From NCBI GenBank assembly GCA_965116145.1, contig OZ220482.1, positions 1,729,450 to 1,793,449 of the forward strand: 64,000 nucleotides of DNA, in the 5' to 3' direction. This document shows positions 54,795 to 64,000 of the stretch, in pieces; position 1 is the first letter of the stretch; every line of letters starts with the position of its first letter. Origin of the DNA: Thermoanaerobaculia bacterium (GTDB lineage: Bacteria > Acidobacteriota > Thermoanaerobaculia > Multivoradales > Multivoraceae). The position numbers and the translations under genes are program-made. Under the pieces are notes generated by a model that was not told where the DNA came from, did no database searches, and saw only the letters and a list, made by a program, of their open reading frames with translations.

Positions 54795-55682
54795 TCACCG
54801 AAGCGCGTGACCGGACACCAGGGAGATCCAGATCAGAGGCAGCACAACGAGGGAACCCAGGAAGACGGCCCTGGCGCGGGCGGGGCTGCGGTCCACGACG
54901 AAGCCCAGGGCGGCCACAGCAAGGAGCGCGCCGAAGCCCGCGGCCGCGGCGGCAAAGACCGGAGGCGTGAGGCCGACGGCGGCCGCGAGCAGACTCAGCC
55001 CGGCGAGCAGAACGGCCCAGACCAACGAGTGGACCGCGGTGCGGCGCCCGTCCGCGTCGGCAACCGCCAGCACCTTGAACCCGGCCCGGGCGTAGTCGTC
55101 GCGGTAGAGCCAGGCCAGGGAGTGGAAGTGCGGGAGCTGCCAGGCGAAGACGATCCCGAAGAGCAGCCAGGCCTCGACGGTCAACGCGCCCGCCGCCGCG
55201 GCCCAGCCGATCACCGGCGGCAGCGCGCCCGGCACCGCGCCGACAAGGACAGCCCAGGACGTTCGGCGCTTGAGCGGCGTGTAGATCCAGGCGTAGCTGA
55301 CCAGGGTCGCAAGCGCGACGACGGCAGCAAGCAGGTTCGCGCCGACGACCAGGACGACCAGCCCCGCAACGCTCAGCACGGCGGCGACGAGCCGGGCCGC
55401 TGCCGGCGAAACGCTGCCCAGGGGCAGCGGACGGCTCCGCGTGCGCGCCATCAGAGCATCGAGATCGCGCTCCGAGACCTGGTTGAACGCCGCACCGCCG
55501 CCCGCCACCAGGGCAGCGCCGATGAGGACGGACAGCAGCACGCCCAGGTCGAACTCGGCGGCTCCCAGGTAGTAGCCGATACCGACAGTGGCGACCGCCA
55601 GGGCGTTGAGACGCGGCTTGACCAGCGCCAGCATCAGGGCGGCGCGTTTGGGGCGGGCCGCAACCGCGGCCGGCCGGGTCAC
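54795..55682 (-). CDS. ctaB: protoheme IX farnesyltransferase (heme O synthase)
   Basis: UbiA-family polytopic membrane protein with the typical CyoE/CtaB sequence. Follows ctaA with a 4-bp overlap. Confidence 0.85.
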   Translation of the reverse strand: MTRPAAVAARPKRAALMLALVKPRLNALAVATVGIGYYLGAAEFDLGVLLSVLIGAALVAGGGAAFNQVSERDLDALMARTRSRPLPLGSVSPAAARLVAAVLSVAGLVVLVVGANLLAAVVALATLVSYAWIYTPLKRRTSWAVLVGAVPGALPPVIGWAAAAGALTVEAWLLFGIVFAWQLPHFHSLAWLYRDDYARAGFKVLAVADADGRRTAVHSLVWAVLLAGLSLLAAAVGLTPPVFAAAAAGFGALLAVAALGFVVDRSPARARAVFLGSLVVLPLIWISLVSGHALR

Positions 55683-56659
55683 GCCGGGATCCGCCCGGCG
55701 ACCCGGTCCGCGCGGTGCAATGCGCGGCCTGCCGGGCTCGCTTCCGCGTCGTCACGGAACCAGGCGCGGTGGACGCGCAGGGCCAGCGTCACGGCGACGA
55801 CCCACAGCAGCCCGCCGGTTGCCACGTGGGCTGTGTTGACATGCGGCTGCAGGCCGCTCCACACGGTCCAGGCGCCCAGGCCGACCTGAACGAGCAGCAC
55901 GCACCCCAGGAGCAGCGCCGGACGGACAAGTTCCGGACGCTCGCCGTGGCGGCGAACCACCCGCGCGATCAGTGCGACGGCGGCCGCGGTCACGGCCAGG
56001 GCGCCCAGTCGGTGCGCGAAGTGCAGGGCGATGCCCAGGCTCCACTCCGGCGGAACCAGCCGCCCGAACGCGAGCGGAAAGTCGGGAATCGCGAGCCCGG
56101 CGTCGTTGTGGCGCATCGTTGCGCCGAGCAGGATCTGGACGTACACCAGCACCGGGACGGCCAGGGCCAGCCTGGCAAGCATCGGGTCGGCAAGCGGCTC
56201 CGTCCGTCCGAAGCCCGACCGCCAGCCCGGCGACGTGAAGATGCCCAGGCTCACCACGAGCGCGAAGAAGAGCTGCGCCAGGCCGGCATGGCTGATCGAG
56301 ATCGGCCTCGGCAGGAGGTAGATCACGGTGAGACCGCCGAGCAGCCCCTGAAACACGACCGCCGCCAACGCCGTCCACGCCAGCCGCCGGACCCAGGCCC
56401 GGGTCTCGACGCGGGCGGTCCACACCGCCAGACCGATCGTCAGCAGGCCGACCACGCTGGCAATGAGCCGGTGCCCATGCTCGTAGAGGATGCCGCCCAC
56501 CATCTTCGAGAACGGGAAGGAGAACATGAAGTAGCCGTACGTGTTCGGCCAGTCGGGAACGGCCAGCCCCGAATCCGTGCTCGTCACCAGCCCGCCCGCC
56601 GCGATGAGCAGCAGGGACGCCGCGGCCAGCAACCGAACGTAGTAGTGCAGCCAGCGCAC
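55679..56659 (-). CDS. ctaA: heme A synthase (COX15/CtaA)
   Basis: Polytopic membrane protein with conserved His residues in the helices. Paired with ctaB. Confidence 0.8.
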   Translation of the reverse strand: MRWLHYYVRLLAAASLLLIAAGGLVTSTDSGLAVPDWPNTYGYFMFSFPFSKMVGGILYEHGHRLIASVVGLLTIGLAVWTARVETRAWVRRLAWTALAAVVFQGLLGGLTVIYLLPRPISISHAGLAQLFFALVVSLGIFTSPGWRSGFGRTEPLADPMLARLALAVPVLVYVQILLGATMRHNDAGLAIPDFPLAFGRLVPPEWSLGIALHFAHRLGALAVTAAAVALIARVVRRHGERPELVRPALLLGCVLLVQVGLGAWTVWSGLQPHVNTAHVATGGLLWVVAVTLALRVHRAWFRDDAEASPAGRALHRADRVAGRIPA

Positions 56660-56816
56660 GACCAGCCGACTCTATCCCGCCGACAGCAGTCCAGGGCGAA
56701 CACCGAGCTGAAAGCGAGCAGCCGGGCCGTGCTGCCCGCCTGCTCGCAACACGCCGCCGCCCAGCGGAGCTGCAGCGCGCAGTGACCGGATCCGAAGGCG
56801 GAAGGCGGCGCGCCTG

Positions 56817-59243
56817 CTACCGGCCGGACCGGGCCGGGATTCCCTGCCGGTACTGGTCGAGTCTCCGGTTCAGGAGGTCCAGGAGGCGCTGGCGGTCGGG
56901 CGGCGTTGCGGCTTGCCGGCTCTCGCTGTTGCCGACGATCTCGATGGCTTCTTCCACGGTGCTTGCGGCGGCCTCGAAGTCGCCGGTTTCGGCGTGGGCG
57001 GCGGCCAGGGTCTCCAGCAGGGCGGGCTCGGCGCCGCCGGCGACTGCGTTCAGTTCGAGGGCGATCAGAAGGGCGAGCTGGCCGTCCCGGCGGGCGGCGT
57101 CGCGGTGGGTCGCCAGGGCCCAGGCGATGTCGTTGCCTCGTTCCAGCAGGCGCCGATCTTCGAGGTAGGCGCGGCGCAGGTGTTCCGCGCCCTCCGCGGC
57201 ACCGGCCGGACCATTGCGGATCAGGGCCAGACCGAGCTCGTGGCGACCGGCCGCGTGGCGCGGGTCGTGGGAGAGCAGTGCCCGGTAGTTCTCGACCGCC
57301 CGATCCAGGCGGCCCGCTGCGGCGGCGGCCCGGGCCGCGCCGAGCAGGGCCTCCGCGTCCTGCGGCAGAACATCCAGGATGGCCCGATAGTGGGCCCAGG
57401 CGGCGCCGAGTTCATCGCTGCGGACGGCGGCGTCGGCCAGGATGCGATGCGCCTCGACGTGACGCGGATCGAGGGTGACGACCGCCGCGAACTGCTCCAT
57501 CGCTTCGCGAAGCCGCTCCGCCTTGCCGAGCAACTGGCCGAACAGGTAACGCAGCTCCGCGTCGCGCGGGCGCTGCTCGACGGCGCGGCCAAGCTCCCTC
57601 ACCGCCTCGTCGGTGCGGCCTTCCGTGTCGAGCAGCTCGGCCAGGCGCACTCTGGCGGCGATGTTGGTCGGGTCGGCAGCGAGCGCGGCCTCGGTCTGTG
57701 CCAGGACCGAACCGGTCTCGCCGGCATCGAGAAGCGCGTTCTGCCAGGCGGCCCGCACCGCCGGATCGTCCGGATCGACGTTGAGCGCGGCGCGCGCATG
57801 GCGGACGGCGGCTTCGCTGTTGCCGCGCCGGCTCTCCAGCACGGTCAGCCGCTTCAGGGATCCGAGCAGGCGGTCCCGCGCACCCTGCCGCTCGAACGAG
57901 CGTCGGTCGTCAAGGCCGAGGCGGTCGAGGCGCGCCCTCTCCACGTCGACCGAACGCTGCAGCAGGGCGACGGACTCGGCCGGATACCGCTCCTCGTACC
58001 AGCGCGCGTAGCTCGCGAGGGACACCTCGTCCGGGGGTTCGGTGTACCAGCGACCGGGAAGCGGCGTCGACGCCGCGCGCAGGTCGGCGTCCTGCGCGCC
58101 CAGGAGCTCGAGGTCCGCGAGGAGGTCGGCCGCTGTCACTCCTCCACGGTAGAGCGCGGCGACCCGCCCCTCGCCGTCGATCAGCAGGGAGAACGGCAGC
58201 GACAGCGGAAAGCGGCGGTCGAACAGCGACCGCTTGACGATCTCGACCTTGTCCAGCGTCTCCTCGGTCGCCATCCCGTGCAGGAACGGGAAGCCGATCT
58301 CGCCGATGAACTTCCTTGCCGCCTGCGGGGTGGTGCCCGGTGTGTCGCCCATGCCGTCGGTCGACAGGGCGGCGATCTCGAGCCCCGCCGCCCGCAGCGC
58401 GGCCTCCTCGGCCGTCAGGTCGCGCAGCTCGGAGCGGCAGGGGGCGCACCAGCTCGCCCAGATGTTGAGCAGCACCGGCCGGCCCCGCCCCACCTCGACC
58501 GCGACAGGTTCGGAGGCGTCGAAGGGACGAAGCGTCAACGAGGGCGACGGAGGCCTGGGCGAAAGCACCACGCGCGCGCCCGTGGTCGGCGCCGGGGGCT
58601 GCTGGTCACGCGGATCGAGCGCTGCCCGCCGCGCCGGCGCCGGCAGAGCCGCGGCCCGGCCGTTGCCCTGAACAAGACGGTAGCGGCCGCCGGGTTCGAC
58701 GCCGGCAAAGGTCTCGCGGCTGCCGCCAGGCCAATGGACACTCGGCGGACCTGAAAGCGCACTGTCGCCCAGGCCGAAGTGGAGCCAGCGGCTCGACTGC
58801 GAGAGGAAACCCTCGCCGGCGCGCACCGACCGCCGGAGGACGCCGGAGGAGGTCGGCAGTTCCACCCGCGCACCGACCGCGTCCCGGTTCGTCCCCGCGC
58901 CGTTGCCTTCGAGGCGCAGGGCGACGAACCGCTTCCCGGCCGGCAGTTCGTTGCGCATCAGCCGCAGACGCGGCGCCGTCCGGTTGCTGATCGCGACGTC
59001 CAGGTCGCCGTCACCCTCCAGATCGAAGAACGCAGCGCCTCGGCCGTCGTCCGGGAAGTCCAGGCCGCTGACCGCCGAGGCGTTGGCGAAGGCGCCGCCG
59101 GCCGCACCCGGGTTCAGGTAGACGCAGTTCCGTTCGCTGCCGCTGAACGAGAGCCCCTCGTCCAGCCGCTCATGAAGCGCCCGCAGCGACTCGAGATACG
59201 GCTCGAGCGACCGGTCATCCGGGGTCCGGGGCGCGCGCGGCAC
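56817..59243 (-). CDS. C-terminal part of CRTAC1-like protein: UnbV/ASPIC domain + TlpA-like thioredoxin (CAPC) + TPR repeats
   Basis: NRDAVGARVEL...GFLSQSSRWLHFGLG (UnbV_ASPIC). WASWCAPCRSE (redoxin). Multiple TPR-like helices. GTG start. In frame with the upstream FG-GAP ORF. Confidence 0.7.
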   Translation of the reverse strand: MPRAPRTPDDRSLEPYLESLRALHERLDEGLSFSGSERNCVYLNPGAAGGAFANASAVSGLDFPDDGRGAAFFDLEGDGDLDVAISNRTAPRLRLMRNELPAGKRFVALRLEGNGAGTNRDAVGARVELPTSSGVLRRSVRAGEGFLSQSSRWLHFGLGDSALSGPPSVHWPGGSRETFAGVEPGGRYRLVQGNGRAAALPAPARRAALDPRDQQPPAPTTGARVVLSPRPPSPSLTLRPFDASEPVAVEVGRGRPVLLNIWASWCAPCRSELRDLTAEEAALRAAGLEIAALSTDGMGDTPGTTPQAARKFIGEIGFPFLHGMATEETLDKVEIVKRSLFDRRFPLSLPFSLLIDGEGRVAALYRGGVTAADLLADLELLGAQDADLRAASTPLPGRWYTEPPDEVSLASYARWYEERYPAESVALLQRSVDVERARLDRLGLDDRRSFERQGARDRLLGSLKRLTVLESRRGNSEAAVRHARAALNVDPDDPAVRAAWQNALLDAGETGSVLAQTEAALAADPTNIAARVRLAELLDTEGRTDEAVRELGRAVEQRPRDAELRYLFGQLLGKAERLREAMEQFAAVVTLDPRHVEAHRILADAAVRSDELGAAWAHYRAILDVLPQDAEALLGAARAAAAAGRLDRAVENYRALLSHDPRHAAGRHELGLALIRNGPAGAAEGAEHLRRAYLEDRRLLERGNDIAWALATHRDAARRDGQLALLIALELNAVAGGAEPALLETLAAAHAETGDFEAAASTVEEAIEIVGNSESRQAATPPDRQRLLDLLNRRLDQYRQGIPARSGR

Positions 59244-59264
59244 GACCTGCCGCCAGAAGAAGCT

Positions 59265-61086
59265 TCACAGGTCGTCCGGGAGGGTCTGTGTCAGGTTGCC
59301 GTTGGCGATGACCAGATCCTCCCAGCCGTCGTTGTTGATGTCCGCGAACACGGACGACCAGGCCCACCTGCCCATCGTGACGCCGGCGTCGACGCTGCGG
59401 TCGACGAAGCCCCCGTCCGGTGCACCCGCGAACAGGGAGTTGCCGCGCGCCATCCGTTGCACGAAGGCCAGCGGACCGGTGCGCTGGCGGTCGCGCTCGA
59501 ACTTCCGCTGGTAGGTGATGCGGTTGCCGGCGGCGGAGAACATGTTGCCGACGTAGACATCCATCCGACCGTCCCGGTTGTAGTCGGCCCAGCTGACGGA
59601 CATGCCGGACGAGATGTCCTCGACGCCGGCCGCCTCCGCCACGTCGACGAACGTGCCGCCGTCGTTGCGGTACAGGTTGTTGCGGCCGTAGTCGTTCGCA
59701 ACGTAGAGGTCGGGGTCGCCGTCGCCGTCCATGTCCTCCCAGGACGCCGCCAGGCTGAACCGGCGGTTGTTCCGGTCGAGCCCGGTCTCGACTGTCGCGT
59801 CAACGAACTGGAAGCCGCCGTCGTTGCGCAGCAGCGCGTTCCGGCCGCCGTTGTTCGCGTCGTGGTAGGGCGCCGGACTCGCCACGCCGCGCTCGTCGTA
59901 GGCCCGGCGATAGGCACAGACGTAGAGGTCGAGGTCGCCGTCGCCGTCCATGTCCGCGGCCGACAGCGAGGTGCTGTCCGGGATGTGACCGGCGATGTGG
60001 CGAACCCGGGCGAAACGGCCGGCGCCGTCGTTCTCCAGCACGAGGACCGCGGGGCGGCTCGACAGAACGAGGTCCGGGTCGCCGTCGTTGTCGAGATCGA
60101 CGAACAGTCCGGCCAGAGCCCGCTCGAGGTAGTCGACCGCCGCCTCGACCGAGCGGTCGTCGAACGTGCCGTCCCGGTTCTGAACGTAGAGGCGATTCGG
60201 CAACCCGCCCTGCTCGGGCAGGAAGATGTCGTCGAGTCCGTCGCCGTCGACGTCCGCGACCGCAATGCCCTGCCAGCCGGTCTTGTTGTAGCCGGCCGCC
60301 TTCGGGATCCGGTTGAGCCAGGCGTCGGGCGGCTGCAGCAGTTGATCCCGGTAGCTCGGATTGCGGCCGAATGCGGCTTCGGTGACGTCGACGAACAACG
60401 GCCCGCCAACCGCCGCGGTCTCCTCGTGATCGGCAACGTCGACCGACCGCAGCAGCGGCTGGCCGCCTTCGGCAGAGGCCGGCGTCCAGGTGGTCGTCCA
60501 CAGCGCGTTCAACTGACGGACGCCCGCTGTCGTCGCCGCCGCAGCCTCGAACCAGGAGCGGGTCGTGAAGCCTGCAGCACCGCTCTCGATGGCAAACAGC
60601 TTGAAGGCCACGCGCGGTTCGCCTCGCAGCTCGTCGCTGCCGGCCAGCCGTGCCGCCAGTGGACCGAGCGACCGCACAAAGCCGCTGACGCCCCGATAGC
60701 CGGCGTTCCCGCGGGCCGCGGCGACGCCCCGTGCGACCGCGAACGTCCCGCCCGCGTAGCGCTCGGTCAGATCGCCGGGAACGAGGCCGCGGGTTTCGAA
60801 GTCGCCGTCGACCACCGCCGCCAGCTCGTCCGCGATGTCCGCATCCGTACCGCCGGACGCGAGTCGAACCAGCCAGCCGGCGACCAGCTTGAGCTGGGCC
60901 TCCGCCTGCTCGCTCCGGGCTTCGCTGTCCCAGCCGTCCGTCCGCGGATCGACCGCCGCGGCGAAGTCCTCCGCGGCGAAGGCAGGCGTCACGGCCGCAT
61001 CCCGAGCCGGCGACGCCTGGTGCTGCGCCGCAGCGGCCGGCACGAGCGCTGCGGCCAGACCGACGAATGCGGGCAGAATGCGCATG
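59265..61086 (-). CDS. N-terminal part of CRTAC1-like protein: signal peptide + FG-GAP/VCBS beta-propeller repeats
   Basis: MRILPAFVGLAAALVPAAAA signal. Repeated DxDGDGxxD Ca-binding FG-GAP motifs. Ends at a TGA that is in frame with 56817..59243. Confidence 0.7.
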
Positions 61087-61252
61087 TCCGGCAATTCTAC
61101 TGCCACGTCCGGCCGGCGCGCCCCTGCGCCGCGTGCCCGCCGGCATGGCGGTACGCCGCGGCCTGACCCGACGCCTGTTCGATTGACGATCCCGCAGGCT
61201 GGGCATAGGTTGACCGCGGGCGAGGTTGACCACCTCCGGGGAGGGTACAACC

Positions 61253-61288
61253 ATGAAGGACGAAACGATGAGAAGGACCGCACGGTGA
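61253..61288 (+). other. 11-codon leader uORF (MKDETMRRTAR) coupled to the gdh start
   Basis: Strong SD GGGGAGGG 7 nt before the ATG. Its TGA stop overlaps the in-frame GTG start of GDH (GTGA). Confidence 0.35.
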
Positions 61289-62736
61289 CCGTGGCGGCAG
61301 TCAGACCCGCGGTGGGCGAAGCCGCTTCACGACTGACTTTCTTCGAGCAGGTGAACGCCGCCTTCGACCTGGCGGCGAAGTACACGGATCACGATCCGAC
61401 CCTGCTGGAGCAGGTGAAGTGCGTGAATTCGGTCTACCGGACGAGCTTCCCGCTCCGGCGGGACGACGGCACGATCGAGGTCATCCACGCCTGGCGCGCC
61501 GAGCACAGCCATCACCGGCTGCCGACCAAGGGCGGTATCCGCTACGCGCTCAGCGTCAGCGAGGACGAGGTGATGGCACTGGCGGCGCTGATGACCTACA
61601 AGTGCGCCCTCGTCGACGTCCCCTTCGGCGGCGCCAAGGGCGGCGTCCGCGTCGACCGGCGGAAATACTCCAAGGGAGAACTGGAACGTCTGACGCGGCG
61701 CTACACCGCCGAACTCCAGCGCAAGTCGTTCATCGGGCCGGGCAAGGACGTGCCGGCCCCCGACTACGGAACCGGTGAACAGGAGATGGCCTGGATCGCC
61801 GACACCTACGCCCAGATCGAACACGGCGAGGTGAACGTCGCCGCCTGCGTCACCGGCAAGCCGGTCGAGCACGGCGGCATTCAGGGCCGCGCCGGAGCAA
61901 CCGGCCTGGGCGTCTTCTTCGGCATCCGCGAAGCCTGTTCGTTCGGGGACGACATGGCGAAGCTCGGGCTCGAACCGGGTGTGGCAGGCAAGCGAGTCGT
62001 GATCCAGGGACTCGGGAACGTCGGCTATCACGCCGCCAGGCACCTGCAGGACGCCGGCGCCCGGCTGGTCGGTCTCGCCGAGGTGGAGGGGGCGATCGCC
62101 TGCCCGGACGGGGTCGACATCGACGAAGTGGTCGAGCACCGAAGGCGCAACGGGTCGATCCTCGGCTTCCCGGGCGCCGCCGGCATCGAGCCGAGCCGCA
62201 AGGCGCTGGAGCTCGACTGCGACATCCTGGTGCCGGCCGCCCTCGAAGACCAGATCACCATGGAGAACATAGGTCGCCTCTCCTGCCGCATTCTGGCCGA
62301 GGCGGCGAACGGTCCGACCAGCGCCGCAGCCAGCGCCGAGGCAGCCAGGCGCGGCATCCTGGTGATTCCGGACGTGTACCTGAACGCCGGCGGCGTCACC
62401 GTGTCCTACTTCGAGTGGCTCAAGAATCTCTCCCATGTCCGGTTCGGACGGATGCAGAAGCGGTTCGAGGAAACCGTGCGCCGGGACCTCGTGCAGGCGA
62501 TGAGCGCGGCGACCGGCACCAGCTTCAGCCGGGACGAGATCAGGATTCTGGCCCGGGGAGCCGACGAGATCGATCTCGTGAACTCGGGCCTCGAAGAGAC
62601 GATGGCGACCGCCTACCACCACATCCGCCGCTACCGGGAGAAGCTCGGCCCCGGGGTCGACCTGCGTACGGCCGCGATGGTCCTGGCAATCGACAAGGTC
62701 GCCGCCTCCTACAGCACTGCGGGTATCTTCCCGTAG
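61285..62736 (+). CDS. gdhA: glutamate dehydrogenase (Glu/Leu/Phe/Val dehydrogenase family)
   Basis: Catalytic K region VPFGGAKGG. The NAD(P) Rossmann motif IQGLGNVG is present. GTG start inferred, with AAGGA 8 nt upstream. Confidence 0.85.
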   Translation: MTVAAVRPAVGEAASRLTFFEQVNAAFDLAAKYTDHDPTLLEQVKCVNSVYRTSFPLRRDDGTIEVIHAWRAEHSHHRLPTKGGIRYALSVSEDEVMALAALMTYKCALVDVPFGGAKGGVRVDRRKYSKGELERLTRRYTAELQRKSFIGPGKDVPAPDYGTGEQEMAWIADTYAQIEHGEVNVAACVTGKPVEHGGIQGRAGATGLGVFFGIREACSFGDDMAKLGLEPGVAGKRVVIQGLGNVGYHAARHLQDAGARLVGLAEVEGAIACPDGVDIDEVVEHRRRNGSILGFPGAAGIEPSRKALELDCDILVPAALEDQITMENIGRLSCRILAEAANGPTSAAASAEAARRGILVIPDVYLNAGGVTVSYFEWLKNLSHVRFGRMQKRFEETVRRDLVQAMSAATGTSFSRDEIRILARGADEIDLVNSGLEETMATAYHHIRRYREKLGPGVDLRTAAMVLAIDKVAASYSTAGIFP

Positions 62737-63719
62737 CCGCGCGCGCTACCGACTCGAAGACCGTCCTGATCTCCCTGCTTCAGATCGTTCTCGGGATTGC
62801 CGCGCTCTGGGCCGGCGGCGAAATCCTCGTGCGTTCGGTGACCGGCCTCGCCGCCGTGCTTCGGGTCAGTCCGACGGTGATCGGGCTGACGGTCGTCGCC
62901 TTCGGCACCTCGGCGCCGGAACTCGCGGCGGCAGTGTTCGCGGCGCTGCGGGACTCGCCCGGTCTGGTCTACGGCAACGTCGTCGGCTCGAACATCGCCA
63001 ATGTCGGACTGATCCTGGGCGTGTCGGCGCTGGTGGCGCCGCTGCTCAACAACGACGACGCGAGCGACCGCCAGGCGGTGCGGCTGGTCCGCCGCGAGCT
63101 GCCCTTTCTGCTCGCCACGTCGCTGCTCGTCCTGACCTTCACCGCGTTCGGCCGACTCGCCCGGTTCGAGGGCGCCGTGCTGCTCGCCCTGATGGCGTAC
63201 TTCCTCGTCGTGCTCGTCCGCGCCGGGCACGTCGAAGAACCGGAACCGCGGCCTGCCAACGGACTGAAGTCGGCCCTCGGCACGCTGGCGGGACTCGCAC
63301 TGCTCGTCGTCGGCGCGGCATGGCTGCTGGTGCCGGCGGCGGAAGACCTTGCCCGCGAGCTCGGGGTCAGCGAGCGGGTGATCGGCCTCACCGTCGTGGC
63401 CTTCGGCACCAGCGTGCCGGAGCTCGCGGCCTGCGCGGTGGCGGCGTACCGCAGGCACCACGGCATCGTGCTGGGCAACATCATCGGATCGAACGTGTTC
63501 AACATCCTGCTCATCCTGCCGACCGCGATGCTCATCCGGCCCTTCGAGACCACCTTCCGCGCCGAAGGGCTGGACGCGGCTGTCATGCTCGTCTTCAGCC
63601 TGCTGATGTTCCTCGCTGTCTACCTGCTCCGCCACGGCCGCATCATCGGCCGGGGCTGGAGCCTGCTTCTTCTGCTCGCCTACGGCGGCTACATCGTTCA
63701 ACTGGCTCTCGGGACATGA
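62737..63719 (+). CDS. CaCA-family sodium/calcium exchanger (YrbG-like); start codon unresolved
   Basis: Two alpha-repeats (GTSAPELAAAVFAA... and GTSVPELAACAVAA...). There is no ATG/GTG/TTG in frame between the gdh stop and the first TM helix. Confidence 0.65.
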
Positions 63720-64000
63720 CCGCCTCCGGACCCGCCGGCAACCGCACCGCCAGCGGTGAACTGCCCTTTGCCGACCGCCACATCGGGCCCCGCGCGGCCG
63801 ACGTTCGGCAGATGCTCGATGCACTCGGGCAGTCTTCGCTTGCCGGTCTGATCGACGCGGCCGTGCCGGCCGCGATCCGTGCGGACGGACCCGAAGACGG
63901 CCTGGCAGACCTGCCGCCGGCGGCTTCGGAAGCCGAGGCACTGGCAGAACTCGATGAGATCGCCGGCAGCAACCGCGTGCTGCGCAGTCTGATCGGCATG
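63716..64000 (+). CDS. gcvP: glycine dehydrogenase (decarboxylating), N-terminal fragment (runs off window)
   Basis: FADRHIGP...MLDALG...SLAGLIDAAVPAAIR...SEAEALAELDEIA matches the GcvP N-terminus. ATG overlaps the upstream stop (ATGA). Confidence 0.85.
   Translation, partial: MTASGPAGNRTASGELPFADRHIGPRAADVRQMLDALGQSSLAGLIDAAVPAAIRADGPEDGLADLPPAASEAEALAELDEIAGSNRVLRSLIGM

Noticed and set aside
56913-61166. Long plus-strand ORFs (56913..58754, 58779..61166) and the alternate-frame minus ORFs 59291..60436 and 59800..61254
   Set aside because: Antisense or frame shadows of the CRTAC1-like gene pair. No motifs.
1-64000. CRISPR arrays, rRNA, tRNA
   Set aside because: No short regularly spaced direct repeats, no rRNA-like conserved stretches and no cloverleaf-like tRNA candidates were recognisable by eye near the recombinase genes or island edges. 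A tRNA scan would still be needed to exclude a tRNA.

Overview
High-GC (about 70%) bacterial chromosomal window, probably actinobacterial-like given an F420-type LLM oxidoreductase, heme A/O synthesis genes and a class III PHA synthase. It has two parts. (A) About 2.1-34.1 kb is an accessory/defence island that starts right after a housekeeping gamma-glutamyltransferase gene and ends right before a thiolase gene. It carries an AAA_21 ATPase, a SNF2 helicase with a DUF3883 (PD-(D/E)xK) tail, a HEPN-DUF499 P-loop ATPase and a DUF1156-type DNA methyltransferase (all assigned by motif recognition, not by search). This three-family combination has been predicted from defence-island comparative genomics to be an R-M-like defence system, without a characterised mechanism to my knowledge. 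The DUF1156 methylase is present as two defective paralogous copies in inverted orientation. The two copies share a 1.92-kb identical core, which forms a perfect inverted repeat. The repeats bracket a roughly 15-kb segment carrying two translationally coupled tyrosine recombinases, a Phd/YefM-like module, two giant paralogous secreted metzincin/Calx-beta/PKD proteins, an RHH regulator and an AAA ATPase + small PD-(D/E)xK nuclease operon. Inverting that segment by recombination within the identical cores would assemble one fully intact methylase gene immediately downstream of the ATPase-nuclease operon. I therefore read this as a candidate inversion (phase-variation) switch; defence-locus decay or a repeat-induced misassembly are the alternatives. 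The island also holds a low-GC (about 50%) three-gene cassette ending in a TARG1/DarG-like macro domain, and three of four small DUF1640-like coiled-coil/TM paralogs. (B) About 34-64 kb is mostly housekeeping: thiolase, peptide ABC binding protein, acyl-CoA synthetase, a complete class III PHA cluster (phaE, phaC, phasin, phaR, phaJ-like, SDR), ugd-uxs, an LLM oxidoreductase, NUDIX, ctaA/ctaB, a CRTAC1-like protein split by an in-frame TGA, GDH with a coupled leader uORF, a CaCA antiporter, and the gcvP N-terminus. A small accessory patch at 37.5-42.2 kb holds DUF433/DUF5615 and HTH-ImmA/DUF4411 PIN-like TA-type cassettes arranged around about 130-bp direct repeats derived from the 3' end of a DUF4143 ATPase gene. 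I saw no CRISPR array, rRNA or obvious tRNA. Many long antisense ORFs are high-GC artefacts.
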